The notes beneath the pieces are model-generated. The model saw nothing but the letters and a program-made list of their open reading frames with translations. It searched no databases and was not told where the DNA came from. A stretch of DNA of 64,000 bases from Eledone cirrhosa. Its lineage: Eukaryota. Where the stretch lies: assembly GCA_964016885.1 (NCBI GenBank), contig OZ024748.1:57970001-58034000 (forward strand). The letters run 5' to 3'. The first letter of the stretch is position 1, and every line of letters starts with the position of its first letter. Positions 12,603 to 26,650 of the stretch are shown here, piece by piece. Position numbers and translations under genes: made by a program.

Positions 12603-13139
12603 TTGCTAACTCGATTTCTTGTTCGGTATATCAAACGAAAATTATGAACAGTTACCTCCCCTTAGGACTCAACCGAATGCTATTCATTTTAACACTATAC
12701 GATATATCTAAGACCTAAAATATATAACCTAAAAAGATATAGCATGACACTAGTCCAAAAGAAAATTGTACGGATGTGATTGTTTAGATCACAATTATAT
12801 TCTGACTGTATGGGGATACAATCATTTCATTTAGATGAAATTGTGAGATAGCCAAGGGGTAACAGGAAGCTCGCATTAAACGACTGGGAGAATGTATATA
12901 TTCTTACATATGTTCGCACACACAAAACCAAGATGGTGTAGGACAGAACAAAGGATGGGCACTAAATAAACCCTAGATACTGATGACGTCACAGAATTAT
13001 GACGAAAGAGTTTTGACAATATATAAATAACTTTCCGGTTATCGAACCAACCAGCCAACCGGATATTCATAATAAATTTAAGTGAAAACCAAAGGTGTGT
13101 GTGTGATTATATTGACATGACTCTCTCAAATTATAAAAA

Positions 13140-13222
<83 letters not shown>

Positions 13223-14536
13223 ACAAACTCTATTTGACTGCGTGATATTAAACCATGTCACGTCCTTCGTATATATACATGACAGTTATGAGGTTTCCGT
13301 AATTGTCAGTCTGCTAAGACATTTTTTGCACTTCCAATTAACACATCATCATACACAAATCACTGTGCAAGTAAATCTATTTGGATGAGCTACCTTTACT
13401 CGGGTATTGTTTTGTGTCTCTACGAAAGGCTTTACAATTAGTAGCTATAATGCCTTAGTTCTTAATGGCAGAATTATAACAGAATACCCATATTAAATTC
13501 ATAGAATAATGGACAGCTTATTCATAATGTATGTCGTTTATAACAATTTGATTTTAAACTATTCGTAAGGATTATTGAAATAGCCCTATAACTTTGCAAA
13601 ACATACCATTTTGAATATCACATTTCGAAGAAAATTCTCTCTATTAACATTTCAGTTTTACAGTTATTTGCCACATCCATCAATCAATAATTATAGTTCA
13701 TCTGTTATGCATGGTAGTAATTAACACTTTGAAAATGCGAGTTGCTCCGTCAACTTTATATATCACTTCCAGAAGCCAGAGCGGCCTAGAATATATATTA
13801 TATACATTTCATCACCATTCTCTATATATCATTTCCTGTTTAAAAATAACATTTCCGATGATATTTCGTTATCTACAAAGCATAATTATACCTAGAGAAA
13901 AAAAAAGCTGCACAGGAAAGAACTAAAGAAGAAATTTACAGAAAAAATATAAATAATTACGCTTCAGATAGAAAAATAAATGATTTATCTATCTGTTGTA
14001 ATACGGACATATGCTTTGATTAATGAAAAAAAGAAAAGAAAAAAATTGTTTCATTGGCGAAATATCGTACACCATGAGTAAATTATCTCAGAGAGAAAAA
14101 GAGAAATACCTGAGAAACACAGCACTAGAAGACAGTCTTATCTGATGTCTTTAGGAAAATTGAAGAAAAATACTGAGAAAGAAGAAAATCTTAATTATGT
14201 GTCATGTGATACCTAAGACACGGATATGGAGATATATCTTAGTACTGCTACATATTGCAAGCATTCGTTTTAACACACGTACACAAACACAAACACACAT
14301 ATATACTGATACACATACACACACACACATATATATATATACACACACACACGTATCATGGGGATCTAATTACCGTTGAATATCAAGTTCATAACGTGTC
14401 TGCCACACTCAGTATTATTGTAACACACACAAACATATATATACGTACGCACACATACATATATATATACACAGAAACCTGTCTGATATGAAACATTTGC
14501 ACTTTGTCATATCTATCCGTATATATGTATATATAT

Positions 14537-14598
<62 letters not shown>

Positions 14599-14624
14599 AT
14601 ATATATATATATATATATATATAT

Positions 14625-15810
14625 CAAGAAAGAAGAGTGACATGGTTGGCTATACAATAAGGGATTTATTCACATTGCTAACAATTGTTTCTTTGATCTG
14701 GTAGGTCTAGAGTTCGCTAATAGCTTGATTTTGCGACAATCATGAGTGCTAATATGAGCTACATAGATATAATTGTTTGGTCCGAAGGAATAAACAACAG
14801 CAAAGAAGGGATTGATTTATGGGCTGACAAGATAATTGTAGACATTACTGCACCATCCTAGTGGTATAGATGTAGGGAGGGTAGAAGGTATTTATAGAAG
14901 ATTATGGTTCTGAAGTGGGCTGTGTGAGAATGTAGATTTCATATGTTAAATGTTAAGTGATTTTCCATTAATATAGGGGATGTTGGTTCGAATCACGGTG
15001 TTTTAAATCTCGTGAATTTTGTTGCAATCTTATGTCTGCAGAAAATTGACATTTCTATTTTGCTGTTGAGTAGCATTTTATCGTTCCTTAAGATATGTAG
15101 CATTCAAGGTTGCAAAGCCCGCAATAGGACATACCGCTGCTATAGGCCTTTGCGGCCACTAATTTCGACCAGCTAATATTGTAATCAAGGTTTTTGTCAT
15201 TAAGTTGCCAGATTTTATTGGCGAGGGTTGTAGAATTTACCAGTGCACGGTTCTTCATTGAATGTCTGTGTACATACCACCTTCTTTAAAAACACCCGTG
15301 GTGGATCCAATGTAATGCCATGTGGAGTTGCCCGAGTTTACAGTACACATGTACACTAGGCTAGAATCTAGGCACTTATTGGCTAATGGGCACTTATCTG
15401 GTAGGTGATATTTGCAGTTTGAAGTATTATTCTGTGCAGCTTTCACATTGCGGTTTTGCAAAATGTTATGTGCGGGATGTGATTCATGCCTATTTAAGTT
15501 TTGCGGTGGTGTGTTCGTATGCGTTTGTGGTTGTGATACAGTAATGTGTTTGAGTTTAGTGCCTGGTGCTATGTTGCGTATAGGTGGGGTAGTTTTCTTA
15601 GTGGTATTTTTGTGGTTGATCTTGCGTATGTGCGATTCAATGTTGGCTGCAGTAGAGTATGAAAGTTTTACAGTTTTCCTATTGACTATTTTATGAATTA
15701 TATCGTTGGAAATTTTGTATTTTAAACTTCGCTCCACGACATCTTCTACATACGGATTACATTGAGTTCTTCATACGGTTTAGACCCTACCATTGATTGG
15801 TAGATTTATC
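14625..15810 (-). mobile_element. Truncated Penelope-like element (linker, GIY-YIG endonuclease and 3' region) between (TA)n tracts
   Basis: ORF 15255-15737 reads KIVNRKTVKLSYST...CPLANKCLDSSLVYMCTV...YIGST. After a frameshift it continues NSTTLANKIWQLNDKNLDYNISWS...KAYSSGMSYCGLCNLE...LLNSKIEMSIFCRHK. A minus-strand GAAACAATTGT HHR remnant lies near 14677-14690. Confidence 0.9.
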
Positions 15811-15886
<76 letters not shown>

Positions 15887-16190
15887 TAAACAAAGAGCAA
15901 ACAATATATATCCATAGATAAACTGAAATAGTCCAGCGATAGTCTGTTTCCTAAAGCAGCAAAGTTTACAATAATATATTCTTCTATTGTGACGCGTTAA
16001 CAATCATTCTAATAAGTTAGAAAACTATTTTCATCAATTGCCAACGAAGCAACGCAGATATATAGTATTTTTGACTGTTTAGAACACAACATAGAAATGT
16101 GTTCATACTTAAAAATGCAAAATATTGCCTCTCCTGATGTACCCCCCCCCCCCCAACGCTCCCTCTCTTGCCCTCTCTCTGTCTCGCTCT

Positions 16191-16246
<56 letters not shown>

Positions 16247-16249
<3 letters not shown>

Positions 16250-17006
16250 TAAAAGGAAAAGAAAATGCAAGGGGATGCAGAACAATTATATGAAAGACGT
16301 AAAGAAGAAAATTATGAAAATCAACTTTAAGTCGATTTTCATAATTTTCTTATTTACGTCTTTCATATAATTGTTCTGCATCCCTTACATAGACCCACAA
16401 AGTTACTAAGACAAAACATATATATTTGCTAGCATAGGTATGCATCTGTATACAAATCTTGGTAGATATACTAATTCTTTATAATTAACTCCAAATTATT
16501 TGTTGAGCAAAACTTGCCGAAATTACTACTATGGTTCATGGTAGTGGCTAGGCCCTTGTCTTATTAACACTCCACTCCTCACTGATTAACCTCAGTGTCA
16601 CGTGATTGATTCTTTTGAATTTGCCACTGACCTGGTAGGCAGTGAATTTTTTCAATGTCTTGGAATTTAGTCCCCGCTCGCTTTTTTCCATCCACTGAAT
16701 TATTTTTATATAAGTTCCCAGTGTCCTCGCATTGCCTGGAAGCTTAGCTGAGAATAGACTCCCTGATGCCGTAAGGTTTCTCTGTGGATACGCTCCGTAA
16801 CCATATTTATTCCCTTACAGAAACTAATTAGTTGGAGTGAAATCTTAGTAAGTAAGTCGATTTTCATAATTTTCTTGTTTACGTCTTTCATATAATTGTT
16901 CTGCATCCCTTGCATAGAACCGCAAAGTTACTAAGACAAAACATATATATTTGTTAGCATAGGTATGCATCTGTATACATATGTTGGTAGATATACTAAT
17001 TCTTTA
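16247..17006 (+). mobile_element. Non-coding retrozyme/PLE-derived element with direct terminal repeats and a 5' fold-back, inside (TA)n
   Basis: Direct repeats of ~153 bp at 16329-16482 and 16854-17006. Inverted arm 16272-16326 pairs with 16331-16387. HHR at 16758-16838. Confidence 0.75.
16758..16838 (+). ncRNA. Type I hammerhead ribozyme-like motif
   Basis: Stem I ACTCC/GGAGT; core CTGATGc (A9>C); stem II GTAAGG/CCTTAC with a long insert; GAAAC-TAATTA-GTT with palindromic stem III. Confidence 0.7.
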
Positions 17007-17529
17007 TATATATATATATATATAAGCGAAAGCACCACATTTGTTAAAGTAATCCTCGATACATTCCATTAATTTTGACCTCCTTCAATGAAGGGTATCC
17101 TTGTTCAACATTGATCCGGTCCCCTGTCACTTTCTTCAATAAAAAAAATATATAAATGCATGAAGTTGTAAGGAGTTATTCTCTTTAAAAATATGAGTTG
17201 AATATTTTATATAGCTGGAAGAGAATTGGGAGAAATCATGATCAGCTACATGATGTGTCTATATACATGTGTCTGTATACGATAATCCAAACTTGGAGAG
17301 GAAGTATCTGATGATAATATTAATTTTGCTGATTTAAATTGACTGCGCCCTATTATGTATTATCTTAATAGAAAACCACTACATTCGGTAAGGTAATTCT
17401 GAATACACTCCATCAAACAATGAAGGTAATACTGAATTCCTTCAATGAAAGGTATCCTAGCTCAAGGCTGATAATTATTAAATTACAACAAACAAAATTG
17501 AAAATGATATACCGAAAGAATGTATAAAA

Positions 17530-17760
17530 GTCTGAGGTAGATTGTATGCTTGGTACACGATTGCAAAATTGTGAATTCGATTTCCCGCGGCAAATTGTTA
17601 CTTTGAGCAAGCCAGTATCTTAAACATTGCACAAAGCTAGTCAATTGACATAAATTAATAGAACGTGTGATTCAAAGAGCCAGCTTTTTCACACATTGTC
17701 ACCCTGAGTAACGGTTTGCGTTCTGTTAACAGAGCAAGTAGCTGACGAATGTTGAGTCCC
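17530..17760 (+). mobile_element. Old tRNA SINE remnant
   Basis: GAATTCGATTTCC B-box-like motif and CTTTGAGCAAG central motif. Confidence 0.45.
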
Positions 17761-18049
17761 TTGTATGTTAATTTCTAGTTTTCCAATGAGGCAACATTTG
17801 AATTAACCGTCATATACAATGTCGTATGTAGAAAAAAAAAACGTATATAAATGTTACTAACATTTTATGCTCCCTTCAAATAATCATTCATGAATCTATT
17901 CTTTATGGCTGTTTTTTTAGTTCTTAGCAGTAAATGAATGAATAAATATAAGGAAGAGGAGGAGGGGAAAGGGGTCGATATATACCTCTTCTATATAACA
18001 CATTCATTGGTAATAAGAAGAGAGTCAGAAATTGTTTTAAACATATTTG

Positions 18050-19250
18050 ATAATATATAATTGGTACGATATATTACGATATCGTTATAAACTTTTTAAT
18101 ATAAGATTTTCACACAAGTATTGCAATAGTATATGATAGCTTATCGCAATTTTTCTTCTAATCATATCGTTTTATTCATACCTTAAGATGGTGTCATATA
18201 TGCTTATTAATTTTTTTTGCCTTCCCACTTGGTAAAATATCTTTGTTTTATTTCAGTTATTTTTTTTTTGCTTTTATTTCAATAATATCCCATTTAACAC
18301 TGATAAGACCTTTGTAACATTCTATTTCCAGCAATAGTCTGTTATGCACCATTACTTTCCATTTCCTTAGTTTTATCCCGAAGTCTTATCATTATTCAGA
18401 TTATATCATTGTTAATCAGTTTGATTAATTAATATAATTCTTTAATTTTGATATAGGACCTTATCTCGCTTTATGTCTTCATTTTAATCTTTAATTGTCT
18501 AAACCGAATCTACTATCCTAACCGTATTTAAGGTTTCCCTTTATTTAGAACAATATTATCTTAATCGTTTCTTTCTTACGTATAATAATTAAGTATTCTA
18601 CTACGTAGTTAACATTGTATTTAGAAAGAAATTCTGTGATATATTCAGCCATCCGTTTTATCATATTATTCTTTATATAACAATTTCTATTTAATTCTTT
18701 ACAATTCAATTTAAATATATTTTATCTTCAAAATAAGTTCTATCTCTATGCAGATATTTAGCAAAGAATGGATTTCGCCTTTTTCTTTCAAACTTCTTTA
18801 AGCAATTCTTTCCTCTTTGTATAGTATGTAGAGCATCAATCATTTCTCCTATTTATTTATTCCCCTTTTTTTGTAACCTCCATATGTTCATCGATAAATG
18901 TCTCGTAAATTCATTTCTATAATCTAATAACCTTTTATACATTCCATTCATCGCTGCCGAACTAATGTCTAACGGCATTATCATTTTCTTCTTTAGTTGA
19001 GGATCCTCGATAATCGATAAGATTGATTTTAATACGGTCCACCTATTTAACCATATGTCTTCTATCATTTTCGAAGACCAGGCAAAGTGTCATATTCATA
19101 GAAATATTGAAACGTTTTAAATGAATAAAAAATAAATTTATCAGCGACGGTTTAAACAGTATAAATGAATTTAGTAAAACCTGAGACAAACATTAAATTT
19201 CATATGAAAAATATATGTCAATTCAAGTGAAATATATTTAAATGATTAGG
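18050..19250 (-). mobile_element. Heavily decayed Penelope-like element (RT C-terminus to endonuclease)
   Basis: Minus-strand fragments AAMNGMYKRLLDY, RNPFFAKYL, TDYCWK and ISVKWDIIEIK are collinear with the PLE motifs seen at 7.1 and 15.2 kb. Many stops. Confidence 0.4.
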
Positions 19251-19529
19251 GGCCTCCCGCCTTCATAGACAATCATCGCTTTAATAAACAATAGAGACTG
19301 ATTTGTGTGTTTTTTTAGAATAAATAATTCTTTTCTGCCTATTCGGAGCAACATATGCACTTTTAGTACGTGGTTACTTTGGATACCTTACCGGTTTTAT
19401 CGACTATTTAATACAGACGTATTACATATTTAACTAAACTTATCTATATAATTATTTTTCATACCATTCGTTCTCTTCTCCACCTACACAATGAATACTT
19501 ATATTTTCTTCTATTAGAAGGAACCATTT

Positions 19530-20150
19530 CGAAATGAACCAGCTGGATATCTTTAGATCTCCCACCGGTTGGTTTTGTTCATAAAATGTGTCCAGCCAGT
19601 TTTTCTTAGACGTTCTAATCCCATATCTGTAGGATCAATCGAAGCTGGGATCCCTCAATTCGGAGACGTTACGGCTGTTCCACATGGAGCCACTCCCTGA
19701 TCTCCGAACTACACTTTCTGTAAAGTAGCATTAACCCCCAGAACGATTTTGGGAAAACTGTTTCAGAAGCTCTTTTCGTAATCCTATTATTTCGGTTAAT
19801 ACCTAAGACGTGTGAGTTTCTGCAAGGGTAGACACGAATGCCAGAATTGAAGACAAACGTTTTGATTTCTAAAATTACCTCTATTTTCTGACGACAATGT
19901 GCGGAAGCTGCTGCGTTACTGCAACAACAAGTATAGCATTTAATTCAATCTCCTTCTTTGCATCCCCCGTGGAAAGACTCCCTAGATATTTGAAAGATTC
20001 TACATGCTTCAGTGTAACGCCACTCAAGTGCATAGTGCATTATTCTCGTTTTCTCGAGAGGACGAATATAGCAATCTTCGCAACAGAAATTTGCATTCCT
20101 GCAGCCTTTTTAAATGCTGAGGGGATTTGCTGTCTAGCAATATTTGCGAA
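19530..20150 (-). mobile_element. Decayed RTE-clade LINE RT fragment
   Basis: Minus strand reads AGMQISVAKIAIFVLSRK..CTMHLSGVTLKHVESFKYLGSL..D.KKEIEL (late RT domains, FKYLG motif). Confidence 0.75.
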
Positions 20151-20391
20151 ATTCGTAAAATATAGTTATATCATGGCGTGCGGAACCTTTGAAGGAAAAT
20201 TGAAATTCGTGAGTTTTGAAATAGAGAGGTAAATATAAGCACGTAAAGGATTCCCATCATGTTATCGCTTATTCAACCTTCATATACTCTCACTGTTGTT
20301 AATGTTACGGTTGTTATTAATATATGTTGTGTTGTTTGTATAATATTTATATATCCGTATTTTCAACATATTAGCTGAACACCATCTTAAA

Positions 20392-20568
20392 TAATAATTG
20401 TTTCCACTTTTAACCCAGTGCATTACTGGTACTTTATTTTATCGACCCGTAAGGATGAAATGCAAAGTTAACCTCGGCGGGATTTGAACTCAGAATCATA
20501 AAGAGAGGTAACTCTATGCTTCAAAGCATGGCGCCCGACCCTCTACCGATACTGCCAATCCACGTCCC
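20392..20568 (-). mobile_element. tRNA SINE, dominant family
   Basis: Family body with A and B boxes. Confidence 0.9.
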
Positions 20569-22049
20569 CTAATATTGTTCATGTTATATTTATAAAGCTA
20601 TTCCGCAGGAAATTATCATCCTGCAGATTTCACTCGAATTAACGCTTCCGTATTTTAAAACCTAACTATTTTTACGAGTGATATACAAATCATTTCAAAT
20701 TATAGGTGAACATATATTGTGGGTACTGTACGAAGACAATCAATTTTCATCATGCTCCAAATAAATAAGTTTTTTTATTCGAATAAATCTTAGTTATATG
20801 TAAAATCTCATTTTCTGAGAAATGAAATTTCCCGCATTGAAAAGCTATATTTAATATCGATATATAATTTTCTAAATACAAAAATACCTCTTTCTGTATA
20901 TGTCTTGTATCATTATATTGTTGAATTCATAATAAAATCATCAACACAAACATAAGGTAAGAAATAGATATAATACTTTTGCACAGAAAATGCAAATTCT
21001 TTATATTGTTCCCTTAAGGTACGAAGTTTTATGTTTTTTATTAACTATATCGTCGTTGAGGTGGATGATTTGTTGCAAAGAAGGCTGGCCATAAAAGAAA
21101 TTTACTCTGCTTCGATAGATAACCGACAGGATGTTGATCTAATTCGTAGCAATTGGAGGAGAAATATTCAAAGCATACATTAAATATTCCAAGAAAGATT
21201 ATAACTTAGTCATTAAATCATTAATTTTATTATGTCTACTCTAAAGAAATATGTGGTTGTTACAATATGTCTTTGTAATGATTGGAGACTGTCGTATCTG
21301 GTTCAGTAACTCTTTTATATGAGGACTGAAGATTTAAAGCTCAATTTGTTGGTTGGGTGGTTTCCGATATAATCTAATTCTTGCTAGAATAATTTTTTTA
21401 GATAATTTTATCGAAATGAATTGTCATTTTATGATATAAATCGTAAGTTTAAAAACACAACATATTTGACGAATATTTAATTTATATTTAGTTTTGCTGA
21501 CATTCGTTCAAAATATAACACTAAAGTCAATATATCAGAGTGGTTTGTTTGAAAGGATTCTATTTCCTTTTCTATGATTAATGCACAGTAACCCTCTGGC
21601 AACAATTTAGATTAATAAGAGTATTAGATACAATGAAGATAGATGCTCTGCAATACAGTGGTTATGGTACACATTTTTATTTTGTTTACACCAACTTTCT
21701 GTTTAGCTTTTCTTAAAGAAATTGCTAACACAACCACAAAATATATATCCAGTAAATGCATATATACATACATACATGTGTGTGTTTGTATGTGAGTCCC
21801 AGGTCAAAAATCATTCATACCAAAAGTTTTGGCCAAAACCTGACAAGTATCAGTTAGGCATAAATCCCATTCGGCTCCGTCCAGAGTGGGTTGTTGTAGC
21901 AAACTAATTGCCCCTACTTTTCGAATAGCAGGTCAAATCCAGCGATTTGATTTCATCGTCCACATTTACGATGTTTATGAAGAAGAGGCTGGCTTAGACA
22001 TTATGTACATCATTATGAGATAGTTTTGAAGTGGCTTAAACATTTTTCA

Positions 22050-22440
22050 AAAGTGGATGCAGTATATCCCTAATTTGAAAGTTCCTTAGGCATGTTTTAT
22101 CAGGGAATGATATATAACAAATTACGTAGTCTCCGCATGGGCGAAAAATTGGAGAGCTGGATGCATGCGTACTTAAAAGTATAAAAGCGGGTTGTAGCAA
22201 CCAATTGGAACCTCTTAAATACCACACAGTATAGAGTGGGGTACTGCCACCAACTGTTTTGAGGTCAATGTTTTGGTAGATGTTCTTGAAGATACCTTCC
22301 CGGTAGAAGAGGCAACTAATCAGATGAATTATGCAGATGACGCGATAGAAGAAGCACTCAAGAATCAGTGATGCTTCTCTATTATAGTGATAATTCGATG
22401 TCGTATTCAAAAATGCAGAGGATAACGATAGGGTGGATTA
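22050..22440 (+). mobile_element. Decayed CR1-type LINE RT fragment
   Basis: Reads KVDAVY...V*SGVLPPTVL...MNYADD, matching VDAVYLDF / SGVPQGSVLGP / YADD, with frameshifts. Confidence 0.7.
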
Positions 22441-23369
22441 TGAGGTCATTTGAGACAAAAGAAGGGAAATATGTCACTCATGTAAATATTTACGCGGGAG
22501 TAGGTGTAAACCGCTGGTTGGTATAATATAATATCATATTGATCGGAAGAACAGAGAGAGGAGAGTCTAAAGCATGAGATGGGAAATGAGAGGAGTATAG
22601 GTAGGGAGAGAGAGAGTAGGGTAGGATGAGGAGAAGGAGGAGAAAAGTCGGAATGAGAATGGAGGAGGAAAGATTACTTTTCCTTTGATTTTATATTTCG
22701 TAATTCTCCAATGTAGTTTACATACTTCATCATATTTCCAATTGTTTTTGTGTTTCGTAATTAAACAAATGAAATGGAATTGCTCCATCATTCTCATTCC
22801 CGCTTTCTCGTCTTATCTTCTCTTATTCTCTTCCCTCTCTCTCTATGTATACTCTTCTTATTTCTCATCTGATGATTTAGACTCTCTTTCTACAATACAA
22901 TATGAAAACATGATGTTATACTTCAAACCGATATTTTGCTATGGAAATAGCAACCAGCTATTTATAGCTACTGTCGTTTGACATGCGTACAATATATTTG
23001 AAAAAAAAAATATATATATATACGCACGCGCGCACAAACATGCACATACACACATATGTACATGCACACATACATGCACTCATACATGCATGCATACATA
23101 CATACATACACCTGCTCTTCCAATGTCAAGTTACAAACACATCTCCAAATATACTAACTTGTATATTAAATTTCGAATTACCTTATACTTGGTAAAGATT
23201 TCAGATGAATTTTATATTGATTAATTATTGCTGAGTGTGTATCTTGTTCATTCTTCTTAATCTGGTTGTTTCAATAACCTACGTCAAATTAAAAATATCA
23301 ATTAATATATAACTATTATGTGAAATACAAGGCGACGAAAATCTGAACTATAATAAAGGTCTGCGTTAT

Positions 23370-23700
23370 ATTAATGAAACTCTAAAGACATTTAAGAAAA
23401 AACATTAGCTTTATAGAGAATAATTAATATGAATATACAAAAAAGGAAAATAATATGTATGCACATACAAGTAAAACAATCATGGAGAGAAAAAAACATT
23501 AATAGCTTATTAAAGGAGCAAGTGAACGTAGCAGGATAAAAGAGGAAAGTCTATATATTTCTACAAAAATTACAAAAGCTGTGATATTTTTGAGTGAAAT
23601 ATGTACTCAATCAAAAAGTAATATTTATACAAACAGGAAACTGGAATGTTGTTGGGAATGCGAAACACGAAGCAAATATTTATGCACAAATTTAACAAGC
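23370..23700 (+). mobile_element. Possible old PLE endonuclease remnant
   Basis: RYINETLKTFKK resembles YIGET; RIKEESLYI resembles R.IKEA..I. Very degraded. Confidence 0.3.
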
Positions 23701-23726
23701 TAATAATTGATGTGGGGTTAGCGTAT

Positions 23727-24014
23727 AAGCGCATGTTTGAATGTGTATGTTTATGCCCTGGATATTTATTTATATATTTTTCCCCCTAATTTGTTTGCCC
23801 GTTATTCGATTTCAGCCTCACTCATATTTCCTAATTTTTTTTTTCAAATTCATATTTAATAAACATTACATATTGGATTTGAAAATATGCACTGCAATCT
23901 TTAAATGGGATTCCGTTACTTTTTATATAAGAGATTCAACGGATATAGTTTATAGAAAATCCATACACAGTGAGACACACGTAAACAGGCACACTCATGT
24001 GTTTATACACCCAT

Positions 24015-24092
<78 letters not shown>

Positions 24093-24462
24093 CGAAGGAA
24101 ATGTGGTAAGGAACCAGGTGAACCATAACGCACCAAAGTACTCAATACTTAAGGTAGTAGAGGGGGTAATATATATATATATAGTTATGTAATAAACAAC
24201 ATACGATAGATAATTATTTCATTTGCCAGTGGTTTCTTGAAGACATATATGTATATCTGTCTTCAGTCTTCAGAATATGTATATATGTCTTCAGTCTTCA
24301 GAAATAATAATATGTAATGTTTATTAAATATGAATTTGAAAAAAAAAATTAGGAAATATGAGAGTGAGGCTGAAATCGAATAACGGGCAACAAAAATAGG
24401 GGAAAAAATATATAAATAAATATCCAGGACATAAACATACACACATTCAAACATGCGCTTAT
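23727..24462. repeat. ~150-bp inverted repeat pair
   Basis: 23727-23875 is the near-exact reverse complement of 24309-24462. Confidence 0.9.
24091..24170 (-). mobile_element. 80-bp tail fragment of a (TA)n-resident PLE-like family
   Basis: Closely matches 31192-31272 (reverse complement) and 59870-59934; (TA)n on both sides. Confidence 0.8.
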
Positions 24463-24856
24463 AGGTAAGTATACGTAAACGTATACATTCTCACATAAGT
24501 GTATGTGCGTCTATCTAGAAATACGAACACACACATATAAACGTGTGATTTTTTGCTCACATATGCGCACACAGGCGCGCACACACACATGTACTCAATA
24601 ATAACGTAAAGTCTATATATACACACATGAATATCTCTCCATACATATATACACACACTTATATATATATATATACACAAGCACACATATAAAACAATAT
24701 ATATACGCACCCATATATGTACACACAAACACACACACATATATAAATATGTATACACACATACACATAGATACATATATTCATACACAAAAGTATCTAT
24801 ACATACGCGTACGTATATATACATGCACACACACATGCACACACACACACACACAC

Positions 24857-24945
<89 letters not shown>

Positions 24946-25050
24946 CATACATATATTAATATGTACAAACCATTGGGAGATAGTTCAGGGACAAATATTT
25001 ATAAATAAGATTAACACAAATATGTAAGAAAATAAAAATCAATATATACG

Positions 25051-25124
<74 letters not shown>

Positions 25125-25949
25125 AGTATGTAGGTATGTATGTGTATTCCAATATATGTTTAGTGTATTTCCGATTTAAATGTTTTCCTCTTCCACACTA
25201 TTCTTACACTGTTCTAACTTTTTACTATCACTCCAGCTCTGTAAAAAAGAATTAACAGCTGCCATGTTATGACATTTCTTATACTTTATTACGTGTGAAA
25301 CTGACATCCTCCTACTGTATCAGTTCCCTGTGTTACTTTTACTACTTGATATATATTATATATATATTTTTTTCCCCAATAAAAAAGTGTCTGTTGATCA
25401 AGCAAATACAGTATGAAGTAATAGATTGAAGGTGTATGCGTGAAGCCGCATATCTTTGTTAATATTATATGTATATATATATACATATATATATATATGA
25501 GTAAATATACCCATTTACTATGTTTTTTTAAACTCAATGCAATGAGGATCGATACCTTTCGTACGTATGTATGCATGTGCATATATCTATATATTTATTT
25601 ACTAGACATTTGCCTGTCTTTGAATTTTCACAATATCTGTTTGCATCGGAAGAGAGAACCATATTGCTTATAAGTCACAGAAGGAGTAGTGGTCGTTTCC
25701 TAAAATTTCTTTTCAGAAACATATGCGAAATCTCTCTGCATGAAATATGAATTTCAATCACGTGTTGTATTTTGTTTTCCTGGACCATTTTTGTTGGTAA
25801 AGGTATCACATTGCATTACTCACAACTAAGGACCTTTACTAGCTGTAGTGATCCATTTACGGTTTATCGACAGAAAATGATAATGTGATACAGATCACTG
25901 TATTCCTCTAGCTGAAATCTTTCTTTATAATATATATTGCATAATATGG

Positions 25950-26650
25950 AAAGGTTTAGACATTTTATAGAGTTGCTATAAAAATTCAAACACCATTCTA
26001 ACTGAATCAAATGCGCTGAATTTATCACTGGGTATGTGAAAATCTTTTATTCCTGGTTCCTTTATTTTATGGAACTTATTGATATATGCTGGGTCAGTTA
26101 TTTTATGGCTTGGAATCATATTCCAGGATTTGCTGTATATGGTGTCTGTCCGAGACTATGTATTCCCAAATAGTCAGTCAAGCATATGTTCTAAAGCGCT
26201 GATGGATTTGTCATACAAGTAGCTAGAATTGTCTCGATTCATCTTCATTTTGAGATGAAAATCGAGCAAGGAACGAACATTTTATTAAGAAGCCCTCATG
26301 CTTTTTTTATGTGGCTGTAATGTTTCTGGAAGTTTGGTGACTATTGATGGCTTTCTCAGATGAAATCGGTATGAGAATGCCATCCGCATATGTGTAGATG
26401 GTACCGTTGAGAGAACTGGTAAAAGCACTGCGGGTTATCTGTAGCATATAAGATGTGGCCAATATAACAGACAGACTTGAAATATTATAGACTGAATCCC
26501 TGAATAGGAAATAGATCGTGTTTATGACGATGGCCAACGGTTATTGAATACCTGAGGCTATTTCAATCAATTAGCGTTAATTACGGGAACAATACGCTCG
26601 TCTATGAATTTAATAAGCCGTGTGGAACGAAACTGTTAACGGAATCTACA
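25950..26650 (-). mobile_element. Decayed CR1/L2-type RT fragment
   Basis: ORF 26307-26537 contains SVILATSYML..TR...SLNGTIYTYADG, resembling GSVLGPLLF...LYADD. Confidence 0.45.
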
